A stretch of DNA of 64,000 nucleotides from Patescibacteria group bacterium (GTDB lineage Bacteria; Patescibacteriota; Patescibacteriia; UBA9934; GWF2-40-263). The notes under the pieces are model-generated. The model saw only the letters and a program-made list of their open reading frames with translations, was not told the DNA's origin and did no database searches. The position numbers were made by a program, and so were the translations under genes. The stretch covers positions 233 through 64,232 of the forward strand of contig DATDUW010000038.1 of the NCBI GenBank assembly GCA_035290185.1. Reading direction: 5' to 3'. Shown one piece after another: positions 42,139 to 51,725 of this stretch (position 1 is its first letter; the number at the start of each line of letters is the position of its first letter).

Positions 42139-42313
42139 TTTTTTCCCTCGAATTGCGCGAGTTTTACACCGCCCATCTGGATTATTCCCGATAAACTGGT
42201 TTTTTCTCGTGCCGAATTTTCATTGGTAATTTTGAACGGACTGGAGAAAGATTATGCTATTTTCTTGATTTTGTCAAGTTTAAATAACAAAGAAAGAACG
42301 TGGAGGCTGGAAA

Positions 42314-43108
42314 TTAAGGTTTTTGAAATTTTGGGATAGGGATCAAAGCCGTATCAACCTGGCGAGTCGCGGCGTGCTCACCCACGGCGAAAATTTCTCG
42401 CGGTTGGTCCGGGCTCCAGAAAAGGCTTGCTGTAACAAATGGGAGAGGAGGGGCGACCACTGTTTGAAAACCTTTTTCACGAACCAGACGCGCAAGATCT
42501 TCGCGTTTTTTCTGCTGTTCATTTTCCGCATAACCCCAATAGGAAGGCATGGGTTCCCCTCCTTCGTTTCCAAGGAAGAGAAGGGTGGTTTTCTTTGGGT
42601 CGGCTTGGACGGATTCAAGGGCGGATGCAATCGTTTCAGCCGCATGGTTTCGACGATCTGGTCCCCACTGATCATCGTCTCTTTTATGTCGGTAATTCCC
42701 CCAGGAAATTTGTGAGGACGGCGTAAGATGGATCAATCCGGAAAGAGGCCGACCTTCTCTATCTTCACCAAAGACAAAACAAGCAAGACAGCCGGTTAAT
42801 TCATGCGTGAGTATTTCTCGCGTTCCTTCCAGGACAGCACCTCCGTCTGTAGGAATTTCAAGAATGCCTTCGCCAGTTCCTTTGAAAATTTCTATGCGTC
42901 CGACAGCGGTTCTTTGAACCAACAGTCGTTCGCCCTGTGAATTCTTGAGTTCCCTGACAAAGGGGAGTGAACCGGAACGGAGGCCTTCGGTAAAAGCCGA
43001 AACCAATGCCGCTCTGATTATGGCGGTTCTTTTTTCCGAAGGGGGTTCCTGGTCGGGTTTCTGGGAAGGATGGAAGAATATTTCCCGTTCGTTTTCCGGT
43101 GATCGCAT
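42314..43108 (-). CDS. hypothetical protein (264 aa)
   Basis: It is a long ORF. The segment LTGCLACFVFGEDREGRPLSGLIHLTP is only faintly reminiscent of Cys/His hydrolase cores, so no call is made. Confidence 0.55.
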   Translation of the reverse strand: MRSPENEREIFFHPSQKPDQEPPSEKRTAIIRAALVSAFTEGLRSGSLPFVRELKNSQGERLLVQRTAVGRIEIFKGTGEGILEIPTDGGAVLEGTREILTHELTGCLACFVFGEDREGRPLSGLIHLTPSSQISWGNYRHKRDDDQWGPDRRNHAAETIASALESVQADPKKTTLLFLGNEGGEPMPSYWGYAENEQQKKREDLARLVREKGFQTVVAPPLPFVTASLFWSPDQPREIFAVGEHAATRQVDTALIPIPKFQKP

Positions 43109-43215
43109 AGGGAGAAATGAGAGGTAGTGAGATTCTTTTAAAACGCTATGTTACCATAGTGTCTGAAGGAGAATGAGAAGGCAAGAAGGGTAAAAATGTC
43201 ATACAGAAAGGGTTT

Positions 43216-45270
43216 ATGGCCATCCATTTAGGGACGTCCGTTCAAGATCTGCCAGGCATTGGGATTTCGGCAGCCAAGGATTTACAAAGGCTTGGCATCA
43301 GCAGCGTGCGCGACCTGCTCTGGCACGTTCCTTTTCGGTATGATGATTTTTCGCACACGAAACCGATTCCCTTGCTTCGACACGGCGATGTTGTGACACT
43401 TACGGGAATCATCAAAGAAATTGGAACACATCTGAGTCGTAACGGTCGCGTAAAGTTGACGGAGGCGATTTTTGAAAACGAAACTGGTGTTTTGCGCGTG
43501 ACCTGGTTCAACCAGCCATACCTTGAGAAAACCGTTCCGGCGGGCACACGCCTATCTTTGGCCGGGCGTGTGGACCGACGATTCGGGTCGGCCACGCTTG
43601 TTAATCCTGTTCGTGAGGTGTCAGGGAAAGGACTCCAGACTGGCAGATTGGTTCCCGTTTACGGATTGGCGGGTTCTTTAACCCAGTTCAAAATGCGACA
43701 AGCCATCTCTTCGTCTTTGCCGGCGCTGCGGGAGGTCACGGAATGGCTACCGGATGAAATCCTTGCATCCGAAAATCTTCCGACTCTTTCTCACACGCTT
43801 GCGTTGATGCATACACCAGACCGCATGACGGAAACAGAAGATGGTTTACGTCGTCTCGCGTTTGAAGAGCTATTTCTGCACCAGCTCCTATTTGCACAGG
43901 TGAAGCGCCAACGATCCACGTGTTCAGCGTGTTCGATTCCAACGGATGTAGAGGCGTTGCGTGCCTTCGTGGCTGCTCTTCCGTTCACTTTGACAAAAGG
44001 GCAACGGGTTGCGGCTTGGGAAATCGTCCAAGATTTGGCCAAGGAGGTTCCTATGAACCGGCTGCTCCAGGGTGATGTTGGATCCGGAAAAACCGTGGTG
44101 GCATTGTTGGCGGCACGGGCCGTGCTTGCGGCCGGGCACCGATTTGCCTATCTGGCCCCGACGGCTCTTTTGGCAGAGCAGCACTATCGGACCTGCCGCT
44201 TTTTGATTCCACATGTTTCCTGTGCGCTTCTGACATCGGCTCACGCGATGTTGGACGGAGAAGAAATGGATCGGAAAAAATTTTTTGAATGCGTGCGTGC
44301 CGGCGAAATTTCTTCCCTTGTAGGAACGCACGCCCTTTTGCAGGAAGGAGTGGAGTTGCCTGAACTTTCTTTCCTTGTGATTGATGAACAGCATCGGTTC
44401 GGCGTGGAGCAACGTCATGCGCTGCTCAAAATCGTGGACCGCCCGGTTCCGCACCTGCTTTCCATGACAGCCACGCCTATTCCGCGTTCCCTTGCCCTCA
44501 CCTTTTACGGTGATCTAGAAGTTTCGACACTGCGAGAGCGTCCAACGGGGCGTCTTCCCGTGCGTACGGAATTCATCGGTCCAGGTCAGGAACAGATCGT
44601 GTGGAAAACCGTACAGGAAGAGGTTGAGTCCGGGAATCAGGCCTTCGTCATCTGCCCGCTTATTGATTTTTCTGACACGTTTGATACTGCGTCCGTTCTC
44701 GAGACAGCGAAGCGATTGAGGCAGGGGCCGTTTAAGGGATTGCGTGTGTCGGTCCTGCATGGCCAGATGCCATCTGCGGAAAAGGAATCCGTTTTGTTCG
44801 ATTTTGCAAAGGGAAAAGCCGACGTCCTTGTATCAACCACGGTCGTGGAAGTTGGTATCGACGTTTCGAACGCTACCGTCATGGTTGTCCTCGGGGCTGA
44901 TCGATTTGGGTTGGCACAACTTCATCAGCTGCGCGGGCGCGTGGGGCGTTCTGATAAACCGTCCGTTTGTTTCCTGTGTCCGTCTTCGTTAGGCCAGGGG
45001 GCGCGGGAGCGATTGGAGGCCGTGGTTCAGTGTCAGGACGGGTTTGTCTTAGCAGAAAAAGATCTGGAACTGCGCGGAGCTGGAAATCTTCTGGGGTTGA
45101 ATCAGTCCGGGTTTGCGGACTTTCGTTTTGCAACCCTGGCTGATGTGGATCTTATGAAAAAAGCCCGTAATTGGGCTGAAAAGATCCTATCAAAGGATCC
45201 AGAATTGCTGGCATATCCGTTTCTACGCGAACGCACCCGTAGGGCCCTTGAAGAAGTTCATTTGGAGTGA
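43216..45270 (+). CDS. recG: ATP-dependent DNA helicase RecG
   Basis: The N-terminal wedge domain is followed by GDVGSGKTVVALLA, DEQHRFGV, TATPIPRSL and QLHQLRGRVGR. Confidence 0.9.
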   Translation: MAIHLGTSVQDLPGIGISAAKDLQRLGISSVRDLLWHVPFRYDDFSHTKPIPLLRHGDVVTLTGIIKEIGTHLSRNGRVKLTEAIFENETGVLRVTWFNQPYLEKTVPAGTRLSLAGRVDRRFGSATLVNPVREVSGKGLQTGRLVPVYGLAGSLTQFKMRQAISSSLPALREVTEWLPDEILASENLPTLSHTLALMHTPDRMTETEDGLRRLAFEELFLHQLLFAQVKRQRSTCSACSIPTDVEALRAFVAALPFTLTKGQRVAAWEIVQDLAKEVPMNRLLQGDVGSGKTVVALLAARAVLAAGHRFAYLAPTALLAEQHYRTCRFLIPHVSCALLTSAHAMLDGEEMDRKKFFECVRAGEISSLVGTHALLQEGVELPELSFLVIDEQHRFGVEQRHALLKIVDRPVPHLLSMTATPIPRSLALTFYGDLEVSTLRERPTGRLPVRTEFIGPGQEQIVWKTVQEEVESGNQAFVICPLIDFSDTFDTASVLETAKRLRQGPFKGLRVSVLHGQMPSAEKESVLFDFAKGKADVLVSTTVVEVGIDVSNATVMVVLGADRFGLAQLHQLRGRVGRSDKPSVCFLCPSSLGQGARERLEAVVQCQDGFVLAEKDLELRGAGNLLGLNQSGFADFRFATLADVDLMKKARNWAEKILSKDPELLAYPFLRERTRRALEEVHLE

Positions 45271-45331
45271 GAGGATAGGCAGGAAATAAGATCGGTTGAT
45301 TGGGGTCGAGGAAGCAAAAAAAGGAGGACAC

Positions 45332-45547
45332 ATGAGTGCGAAACGGGAAACCCCTCCAGAAATGAAAGGGGATGAGAGTTCTTTACAACCGCTGCTCTTT
45401 CCGGGGTTTGAAAGGGATATCAGCGGTAATCCACGGGACACGGGGGGATCAATGGGGACTTCGTCCGGAGATGAGAGTCAAATTCCGCTTCCAATTTTTT
45501 GCGGTGGGAGGCGGCGTTTTGAGACGACCCCGGACACTCACCAGTAA
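45332..45547 (+). CDS. small hypothetical protein (71 aa)
   Basis: A strong AGGAGG lies 5 nt before the ATG at 45332. A terminator hairpin lies downstream. There are no motifs. Confidence 0.4.
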   Translation: MSAKRETPPEMKGDESSLQPLLFPGFERDISGNPRDTGGSMGTSSGDESQIPLPIFCGGRRRFETTPDTHQ

Positions 45548-45585
45548 TCTCGACAGGCCCACATACGGGGCGGGGTCAGACTCAA

Positions 45586-45618
45586 GGGCCGCTGTGCTCT
45601 CAAACAGCGGTCCTTTTT
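45586..45618. terminator. hairpin plus T-run overlapping the radA stop codon
   Basis: GGGCCGCTGT-N8-ACAGCGGTCC-TTTTT. The radA TGA (45600-45602) lies in the loop. Confidence 0.55.
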
Positions 45619-46925
45619 AATTGGGAGAGGGTTTGGATGCCTTCACTAACAAGACCTTTCATCGGTTTAGAACTATTTCGTTTTGGGAGAACAGCTTTTT
45701 GGATGCCCATGCGTGCGGCCTCAGAAAGGCGGCGGTCGCAGGCTGGGACGGAACGCACCTCGCCTCCTAGCCCCACTTCACCAATATAGATGGTTGGTTC
45801 TGTCATTGAGATGCCGGAAATTGCGGAAAGGATGGCCGCACATACGGCTAAATCCGCTGCTGGTTCTTCGAGTCGCATGCCACCAACCACATTGATGTAA
45901 ACATCCTGGTCACCTAGGTGTACACCCAAGCGTTTTGAAAGAATGGCACAGAGCATTTGCAAACGGTTTGCATCGAATCCGGATGCACGTCGGATTGGAG
46001 TGGCATAGGAACTTTTTTCAACCAGAGCTTGTACTTCGATTAGAAAAACTCGTGACCCCTCAAGTGCGGCTGTGATGATCGATCCTGGCGTTGCGACCCG
46101 TTCGGCAAGGAAACGTTCTGACGGGTTGGGAACGGGAATGAGCCCCGCGCCTCCCATTTCAAAGACACCCACTTCCTCCGTGGATCCGAACCGATTTTTG
46201 GTCGCGCGCAGAATTCGGAAAGCGTGCATGGGATCTCCCTCAAGCGAGAGAACTGTGTCCACGAGATGTTCCATGGTTTTTGGTCCTGCGACGGTTCCAT
46301 CTTTTGTTACCTGTCCGATGAGGAGGATGGGAATTCCGGTTCGTTTTGCTGTCTGAAGCAGGAGATTGGCTGCGTAGCGGACGAGTCCTGGGCTTCCCGG
46401 CGTCCCCTCCACCGCAACGGACCCGAGCGTTTGAACGGAATCGATAATGGCGAGTAATGGTTTTTCTTTTTCGATCGTCGCTGCCAGGCTTTCCACATCC
46501 CCGGTTTCCAGATAGCGGACTTTTTCAAAGGGTTTTCCCAACCGTTCAAACCGTCCGGAAAGCTGATCCGCGGATTCCTCTCCGGAAGCGTAGAGGACCG
46601 TTCCAGATCCAGGAAGGGAAACGGCTAGCGATGCGACGAGGGTAGATTTGCCAATTCCGGGTTCGCCGGAAAGCAGTAGAAGGCTTCCGGGAACAATACC
46701 ACCGCCTAGCACGCGGTCGTATTCGGTATTTTTTGTGACAATTCTCCGCTCTGATCCTGCACGTTCAAGGGGCTTGGAAAGACGTGGGAGGGCTTGAAAC
46801 GTAGAGGGGCCGACGGATCCCTGGTGTTGCTGGGCCGTTTCCTTGATGGTTCCCCATGCCTGACACTCGGGGCAACGACCGGACCATTTGGGGAACTGGG
46901 TATCACATTTTTCGCAGACGTACAT
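45600..46925 (-). CDS. radA: DNA repair protein RadA/Sms
   Basis: N-terminal zinc ribbon CEKC..CPEC, Walker A GEPGIGKST, KNRFG motif, and a Lon-like C-terminal domain. Confidence 0.9.
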   Translation of the reverse strand: MYVCEKCDTQFPKWSGRCPECQAWGTIKETAQQHQGSVGPSTFQALPRLSKPLERAGSERRIVTKNTEYDRVLGGGIVPGSLLLLSGEPGIGKSTLVASLAVSLPGSGTVLYASGEESADQLSGRFERLGKPFEKVRYLETGDVESLAATIEKEKPLLAIIDSVQTLGSVAVEGTPGSPGLVRYAANLLLQTAKRTGIPILLIGQVTKDGTVAGPKTMEHLVDTVLSLEGDPMHAFRILRATKNRFGSTEEVGVFEMGGAGLIPVPNPSERFLAERVATPGSIITAALEGSRVFLIEVQALVEKSSYATPIRRASGFDANRLQMLCAILSKRLGVHLGDQDVYINVVGGMRLEEPAADLAVCAAILSAISGISMTEPTIYIGEVGLGGEVRSVPACDRRLSEAARMGIQKAVLPKRNSSKPMKGLVSEGIQTLSQLKRTAV

Positions 46926-46949
46926 AGCAAAGGATAGGGGGCGACGTTT

Positions 46950-48041
46950 TTAACGATCAACGAAGCGCAAGGGATAGGTCTGACAGGTGGACTTGAGTTT
47001 TTGAATGGCGATGGCTTTTCCAGAAGAGCGTCCTTTTCCATGGCTGTTAATAAGATCTCCATTTCCGATAAACATCCAAACGTGACCGAACGACGATGAT
47101 TTTGGATAATCACCCGCTTTGAATCCGACGAGGTCACCGGGTGTGAGGGTAAAGGTTCCCACCTTCGTCGTAACGGTTGTGTCCGTACAGGAGATGATTT
47201 GGGGGGCGTTTCCGAAAAGAGCGGCGGTTCCGCCGGACTCGCCTTTTGGCGACAGACCGGCACACTCCGCTACCAATCCAACAAAACCGGAACAATCCAA
47301 GCAGACCGTCCCGGAAGGACAGAAGTCTTTGCAGGGTTTTCCGTCGCATGTTTTGGTATCGGCGGGATAAGGAGGATCCCCACCTTTTCCTCCCATGCGG
47401 TAGCTGGTTTTTCCCAGGAACGATCTTGCGATGGAAGCCGGATCTCCCGAACCGTTGCAGGTAATACCGACACTGGAGAGTGTGTCTTTTGTCACGGAAC
47501 CGACCACATCTCCCGAATCTTCGATATATTTGACCGGATCGATAATTTGAAGGTTGAGGCTGTTAAAAACCGTCAATGCTGGATTAACGAGGTAGAGAAT
47601 GGCGGAAACGGAAAAGAGAAGAGCTAGGCCGGTCAGGGCGTTTCTTATACGATCCTTGGCTTTTTGAACATCTTTGCCTTTCGCATAGGCCACGTACTCC
47701 ATGCCGGCGATCATGACCATGATGATGGCGACGGTGACCATGGTTCCCAACAGGAATTTGTACATGCCCGTGACGTATTCCCCCAGCCAGTTGGCTTGCA
47801 GGTATCCCCCTTGATTTATGGCATTGGAAAAAGAGATGGTCGGAATTCCGATATTGAGAAGGGGGGCCGGATAGGTTTTTTCTTCCGTTGTCTGCGCCCC
47901 TGAGGAAGGGGCGGCCAAAACAGTAAGAGGACGTGCGGCTGGAAAAAAGAAAAAAGAGCCGATGATGAGAAAACCAGCAACAAGGAAGAAGCGGATTAAG
48001 AACAGCCGCATACGAAAATAGAGAAGCTTACAGGCGAGCAT
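46950..48041 (-). CDS. T4SS-pilin-like (VirB2/TrbC-type) membrane module fused to an NlpC/P60 (C40) peptidoglycan hydrolase
   Basis: There is a signal/TM, then two hydrophobic helices split by a charged loop (FLLGTMVTVAIIMVMIAGMEYVAYAKGKDVQKAKDRIRNALTGLALLFSVSAILYL). The C-terminus carries a catalytic-type Cys (CLDCSGFVG) and His (FGHVWMFIG). The start is 48041 or 48011. Confidence 0.7.
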   Translation of the reverse strand: MLACKLLYFRMRLFLIRFFLVAGFLIIGSFFFFPAARPLTVLAAPSSGAQTTEEKTYPAPLLNIGIPTISFSNAINQGGYLQANWLGEYVTGMYKFLLGTMVTVAIIMVMIAGMEYVAYAKGKDVQKAKDRIRNALTGLALLFSVSAILYLVNPALTVFNSLNLQIIDPVKYIEDSGDVVGSVTKDTLSSVGITCNGSGDPASIARSFLGKTSYRMGGKGGDPPYPADTKTCDGKPCKDFCPSGTVCLDCSGFVGLVAECAGLSPKGESGGTAALFGNAPQIISCTDTTVTTKVGTFTLTPGDLVGFKAGDYPKSSSFGHVWMFIGNGDLINSHGKGRSSGKAIAIQKLKSTCQTYPLRFVDR

Positions 48042-48693
48042 TTCGTGCCCGTGCCACTGCCGCGGTCAATGCGTCAAGGCTGAGGGCACCCACAAAACGG
48101 TCTTCGCCGATGAAGATGGCTGGTGTAGCCGCAATGCGCAAGGCAAGAGCTTCTTCCAAATCTTTTTCCACTAGAGGAAGCGTTTCTTTTTCCTGGAAAC
48201 AGCGCTGGAATTTGGTAGTGTCAAGTTTTAAGGTGTCGGCAAGGGAAGCCAGGCTTGTTTCCGTGAGGAGGGCCTGTTGTTCAAAGAGCGCGTCATGATA
48301 CTCCCAGAATTTTCCTTGCTGTCCCGCGCAATGGGCGGCCACAGCCGCGGAAACGGCTAAGGGATGAGAGGTTTCATTCGGCATGTTTTTCCACGCAATT
48401 CGGACGTCAGGCACTGTTTGGAGAAGAGTATTTAGGGTGTTTGCCAGTTCCTTGCAGGCCTGACATTGGAAATCCGAAAAGACAACAAGAACGATGGCAT
48501 CGACATCGGCAGAACCTTTTTTGGGATTGAGAAAATTGACCAGGGGTAAGACGGATTTTTCTTCGAGTGTTTGTGAAGAGGCTTCCAAAGGTGAAACGGG
48601 TCGGGCCACTGGGCGCAGGCGGATCGAAAAAAGAAAGAAGACAACGACGGAGAGAAAACCGATCGTTAGAAGGGCAAGCCAACGGTGAGTCAT
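48028..48693 (-). CDS. DsbA-like thiol:disulfide oxidoreductase (membrane-anchored)
   Basis: There is an N-terminal TM. The CxxC motif is in FSDFQCQACKE, and the fold is thioredoxin-like. The start overlaps the upstream stop (ATGA). Confidence 0.8.
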   Translation of the reverse strand: MTHRWLALLTIGFLSVVVFFLFSIRLRPVARPVSPLEASSQTLEEKSVLPLVNFLNPKKGSADVDAIVLVVFSDFQCQACKELANTLNTLLQTVPDVRIAWKNMPNETSHPLAVSAAVAAHCAGQQGKFWEYHDALFEQQALLTETSLASLADTLKLDTTKFQRCFQEKETLPLVEKDLEEALALRIAATPAIFIGEDRFVGALSLDALTAAVARARNARL

Positions 48694-49922
48694 ATTCCCT
48701 CTTTTAATTTCAACCGTTCTAATCGTCCTGTCAGGGCATTGGTGAAAAAGAGTGAGGTTCCATCTTGGGAGAGAACAAGACCCATTATGGACGCGCCGTC
48801 AGCTGGTCTTGCCACAAGGGAAAGGCGCCCAGACGTAAGGTCAATCTTATAGACGTCGTCCGGAAGGGAGGCAGCAACCGCTGGTTGAATCCCGGAACCC
48901 GAGGGAAGTGCTTGCGGAACCGCGCAGTAGACAGTTGTCGGTCCCGCGAAGGTACATTTGTCCGCCCAGGTAAAAACATTGAGGCTTCGACGCTCTTCTC
49001 CAAGACGGTTGGGTGTTCCGTTCACGGTCCATAGCTGCGGGCGATAGTCGCTTGTTTCCCCAGCAACGGAATAGAGCAGGAGAGATCCGGAAGGATTCCA
49101 AACAGATCGAAAATCCACACCTTCCACGATCAGGCCCTTGAGATTTTCATGATTCATCCCGATGGGAAGAATCATTTTCCTCCCCAGTCCGGATTGAACA
49201 TCTCCCGTATCGGAGAAAGCGACGATTTGGCGGTTGGGAGAAGGACGGATGAAGACGCGTCCTGCATTTTCCCCTAGGTCCTGGATGGATTTTACCTGGG
49301 AACCGTCCGGATTGGAGACAATTAAACTGCGATTTCCCGGATCCACTCCCATGTTTTTGGCAAAAAGATCGTCGGAAACCGGAGAAAAAGAAAAGGCTTG
49401 CCAGTGGGAGGGAAGGGTCACTTGGTGTTCCGTTTCAAAGTCATAGACAACATTGGAACCATCTGGAAATTCAAGGACCGCCTTGGCTTTTTCTTTGTTC
49501 CACGCCACGGACTGGACCGCGGGGAAAGAGCGATCGGAAAGGGATGTGACGGTTCCATCGGCCTTGACGGCATAGAAACGACCGTCAGCTGGGTCATAGT
49601 AATTCATCCCATTGCCATCTGCGGACGAGCTCGAAGCCTGGACAGACGATGCGGTAAGCGTTTGTGTTTTCGTGAGACCACCTTCGGCTATTTCGCTGGC
49701 CTCCGGGAGTTGTTGTGTTGCAGACGGTTCGGATGCCCCTTGCCGTGGATTTCCTGTTTCTGAAAGAGGAAAACTTCCATCATATTCTTGTTCGATCTCT
49801 CCCTCCGTAGTTTTTAAAGAAGGAGGAGGAGCGAAAAAGAGAAAATAGAGCATGGTGCCAATCCCAATGGTTGAGAAAAGAAAAAAGGCGATGAGGAGGA
49901 ATTTTTTAAGACGTTCGGACAT
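48690..49922 (-). CDS. membrane-anchored TolB-like (PD40/WD40-like) beta-propeller protein
   Basis: An N-terminal TM is followed by repeated SP(D/N)G-type blades (SPNRQIVAFS, NPSGSLLLYS, SQDGTSLFFT). Confidence 0.6.
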   Translation of the reverse strand: MSERLKKFLLIAFFLFSTIGIGTMLYFLFFAPPPSLKTTEGEIEQEYDGSFPLSETGNPRQGASEPSATQQLPEASEIAEGGLTKTQTLTASSVQASSSSADGNGMNYYDPADGRFYAVKADGTVTSLSDRSFPAVQSVAWNKEKAKAVLEFPDGSNVVYDFETEHQVTLPSHWQAFSFSPVSDDLFAKNMGVDPGNRSLIVSNPDGSQVKSIQDLGENAGRVFIRPSPNRQIVAFSDTGDVQSGLGRKMILPIGMNHENLKGLIVEGVDFRSVWNPSGSLLLYSVAGETSDYRPQLWTVNGTPNRLGEERRSLNVFTWADKCTFAGPTTVYCAVPQALPSGSGIQPAVAASLPDDVYKIDLTSGRLSLVARPADGASIMGLVLSQDGTSLFFTNALTGRLERLKLKEGI

Positions 49923-49937
49923 ACGCCACCCATTTTC

Positions 49938-51362
49938 CTACAATCCAGGCATTTGGGAAAGACCGCTTGGAAGAAGATCGGTCATCCAACCAACAATGGA
50001 CTCCGGGAGATATTGGCTGAGAACGGTTCGCATGAGGATGAAGGGAAGAAAGAGGGCTTGGAAAAGTCCGTAAAGGAGGAGAAGATCAAAACCCACGATC
50101 AGAAAAGTCAGCAGGGAAGTCGGAAGAAGGTTGAGACCTCTTCCAAGGGGAAGGATCTTTCCGTGGGGAAGCACGTGGTTCCAATCAAGGCGTGGAATAA
50201 AGGGGTCTTCTTTGGTCTTTCCGTCTTGGCGTCCTTTCCATGAGCGAACCATTTGAAGATTCAAAGCAATGGGATAAACCCACCAGGTGTCTTTTAGGGC
50301 TAGATCAAACAGCTGCCATCCCGGAGGTTCTCCGCCCAAAATTCCTCCTGCTGTTGTTGCGCCTGGGGTCGATGCAGCCTGAGCCATTTCTGCCTCTTGC
50401 ATTTGGCGCTGGGCTATGCGCCGTCGTTGTTGGTTTTCGTAAAGAGTGGAGACGGGATCATTCTGATTGTCTTCCACGTCAGGGGTCGTATAGGTTTCGT
50501 TCGTTGAGGGGTCAGCTTCTCCCCGATTGTAAGGAAGGGAAGGAGGGGGTTGAGGTTTTGAGAAGGAAGAAGGGGAAAAAGCAATATTTTTTCCGTGACG
50601 TTTGGCAGCGTTACTCCTTGTGCGCGATTCGTCTAAGAAACGTTTGCGTTCCGTTTCCGACGGAGAAGAAGGCGGGGTCCCTTCCAGTATTTTTGTCGAA
50701 GAGGAGGGGTTAGGTCGTTTTTTTTCTTTGCTAAACAAGCGTTTTCCCGCTTTGAAGATGTCTTCTGATGTTATCTTGGGAATATTTTTTTTTAGGGCGG
50801 AACTCACCAGGAGAATAGGGGCGGTCATGGTTCCTCCGGTTGAGGCCAAGGCAAGGGCGGTTCCCGCTGCCACGGCTATGCGGGCAAGATCCAATTTTTT
50901 TAGGATGTCTGGGAGAGAGCGGAGATGCCGGAGACTTTCTAAATCTTTTTCGTCAACGGCACCACCGGTATACGAAGAAATGGCATTGGTGCATACGGCC
51001 CTTAGGGTCTGTTTCAAGGTCCCGGCATAATCCCCCACCTTTATTTTTTTTATCATGTCCTGAATATCCCCAACACCCAGGAGATCATTCGTCGCTTCAG
51101 AGACAAGATAGTTGGCCCCCTTTTTTGCCAAATGAATACCAACCTGCCACGAGGCTGTTCGTAGAGTTTGACGCGTGAGAAGGGAGGCCACGCCGTGTTC
51201 GTGGAATTTTTTGAGGAAAGCCTGTAGATCGACCTTCCCAATTTTTTCCGTACCCAAAACACGCTGTGTTACCTCGGTGGCTCCACTAAGAAGATAACTC
51301 TGCATCGTGTCTGTCCGCGCGGACATAGACCGTTTTTTTTGGAATCGGTGGAAATCAGGCAT
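49938..51362 (-). CDS. hypothetical protein with C-terminal membrane helices
   Basis: The ATG at 51362 overlaps the upstream stop (TGATG). The middle is low-complexity and Pro/Ser-rich. The C-terminus has TLLTFLIVGFDLLLLYGLFQALFLPFIL. Confidence 0.6.
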   Translation of the reverse strand: MPDFHRFQKKRSMSARTDTMQSYLLSGATEVTQRVLGTEKIGKVDLQAFLKKFHEHGVASLLTRQTLRTASWQVGIHLAKKGANYLVSEATNDLLGVGDIQDMIKKIKVGDYAGTLKQTLRAVCTNAISSYTGGAVDEKDLESLRHLRSLPDILKKLDLARIAVAAGTALALASTGGTMTAPILLVSSALKKNIPKITSEDIFKAGKRLFSKEKKRPNPSSSTKILEGTPPSSPSETERKRFLDESRTRSNAAKRHGKNIAFSPSSFSKPQPPPSLPYNRGEADPSTNETYTTPDVEDNQNDPVSTLYENQQRRRIAQRQMQEAEMAQAASTPGATTAGGILGGEPPGWQLFDLALKDTWWVYPIALNLQMVRSWKGRQDGKTKEDPFIPRLDWNHVLPHGKILPLGRGLNLLPTSLLTFLIVGFDLLLLYGLFQALFLPFILMRTVLSQYLPESIVGWMTDLLPSGLSQMPGL

Positions 51363-51691
51363 CAAGATTGGGCTGATGACGGGGTGGTTGCCTCATCGAT
51401 GGAAACAGCCAACAGAATCAGATCCTCTTTGTATTGATCCTTGAGGGCTTGTGTCTGCGTCTGATATTCCTGTTCGTCCATGGAGGCTTTCGTTTTTTCC
51501 AACGCTTGATTCAAGAGAACGTATTTTTGCGTGATAAGTTCGACCGCGCGTTTATATTCGATTTTTAGGAAAGTGACATTCCTTTTTTTTTCAACGAGAT
51601 CATAAATGCGATCCAGCTGTTCTTGAATGGATCGTTCGACGTCGCGATAGGTGGTTTGAAGCTCGGTTTCGTTTGGAGGGATGGAAAACAT
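51362..51691 (-). CDS. small coiled-coil protein (109 aa); start uncertain
   Basis: The ORF lies downstream of the clpC stop (51726). No RBS was seen. Confidence 0.45.
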   Translation of the reverse strand: MFSIPPNETELQTTYRDVERSIQEQLDRIYDLVEKKRNVTFLKIEYKRAVELITQKYVLLNQALEKTKASMDEQEYQTQTQALKDQYKEDLILLAVSIDEATTPSSAQS

Positions 51692-51725
51692 AGCGTCACG
51701 GTTAGTTTTTCTCAAAAGAGGTTTT

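Noticed and set aside
42314-43108. A possible CheD-like deamidase, suggested by the segment LTGCLACFVFGEDREGRPLSGLIHLTP.
   Set aside because: The resemblance is limited to a short Cys...His spacing pattern, and there is no chemotaxis context. It is too weak to support a call without an HMM or structure search.
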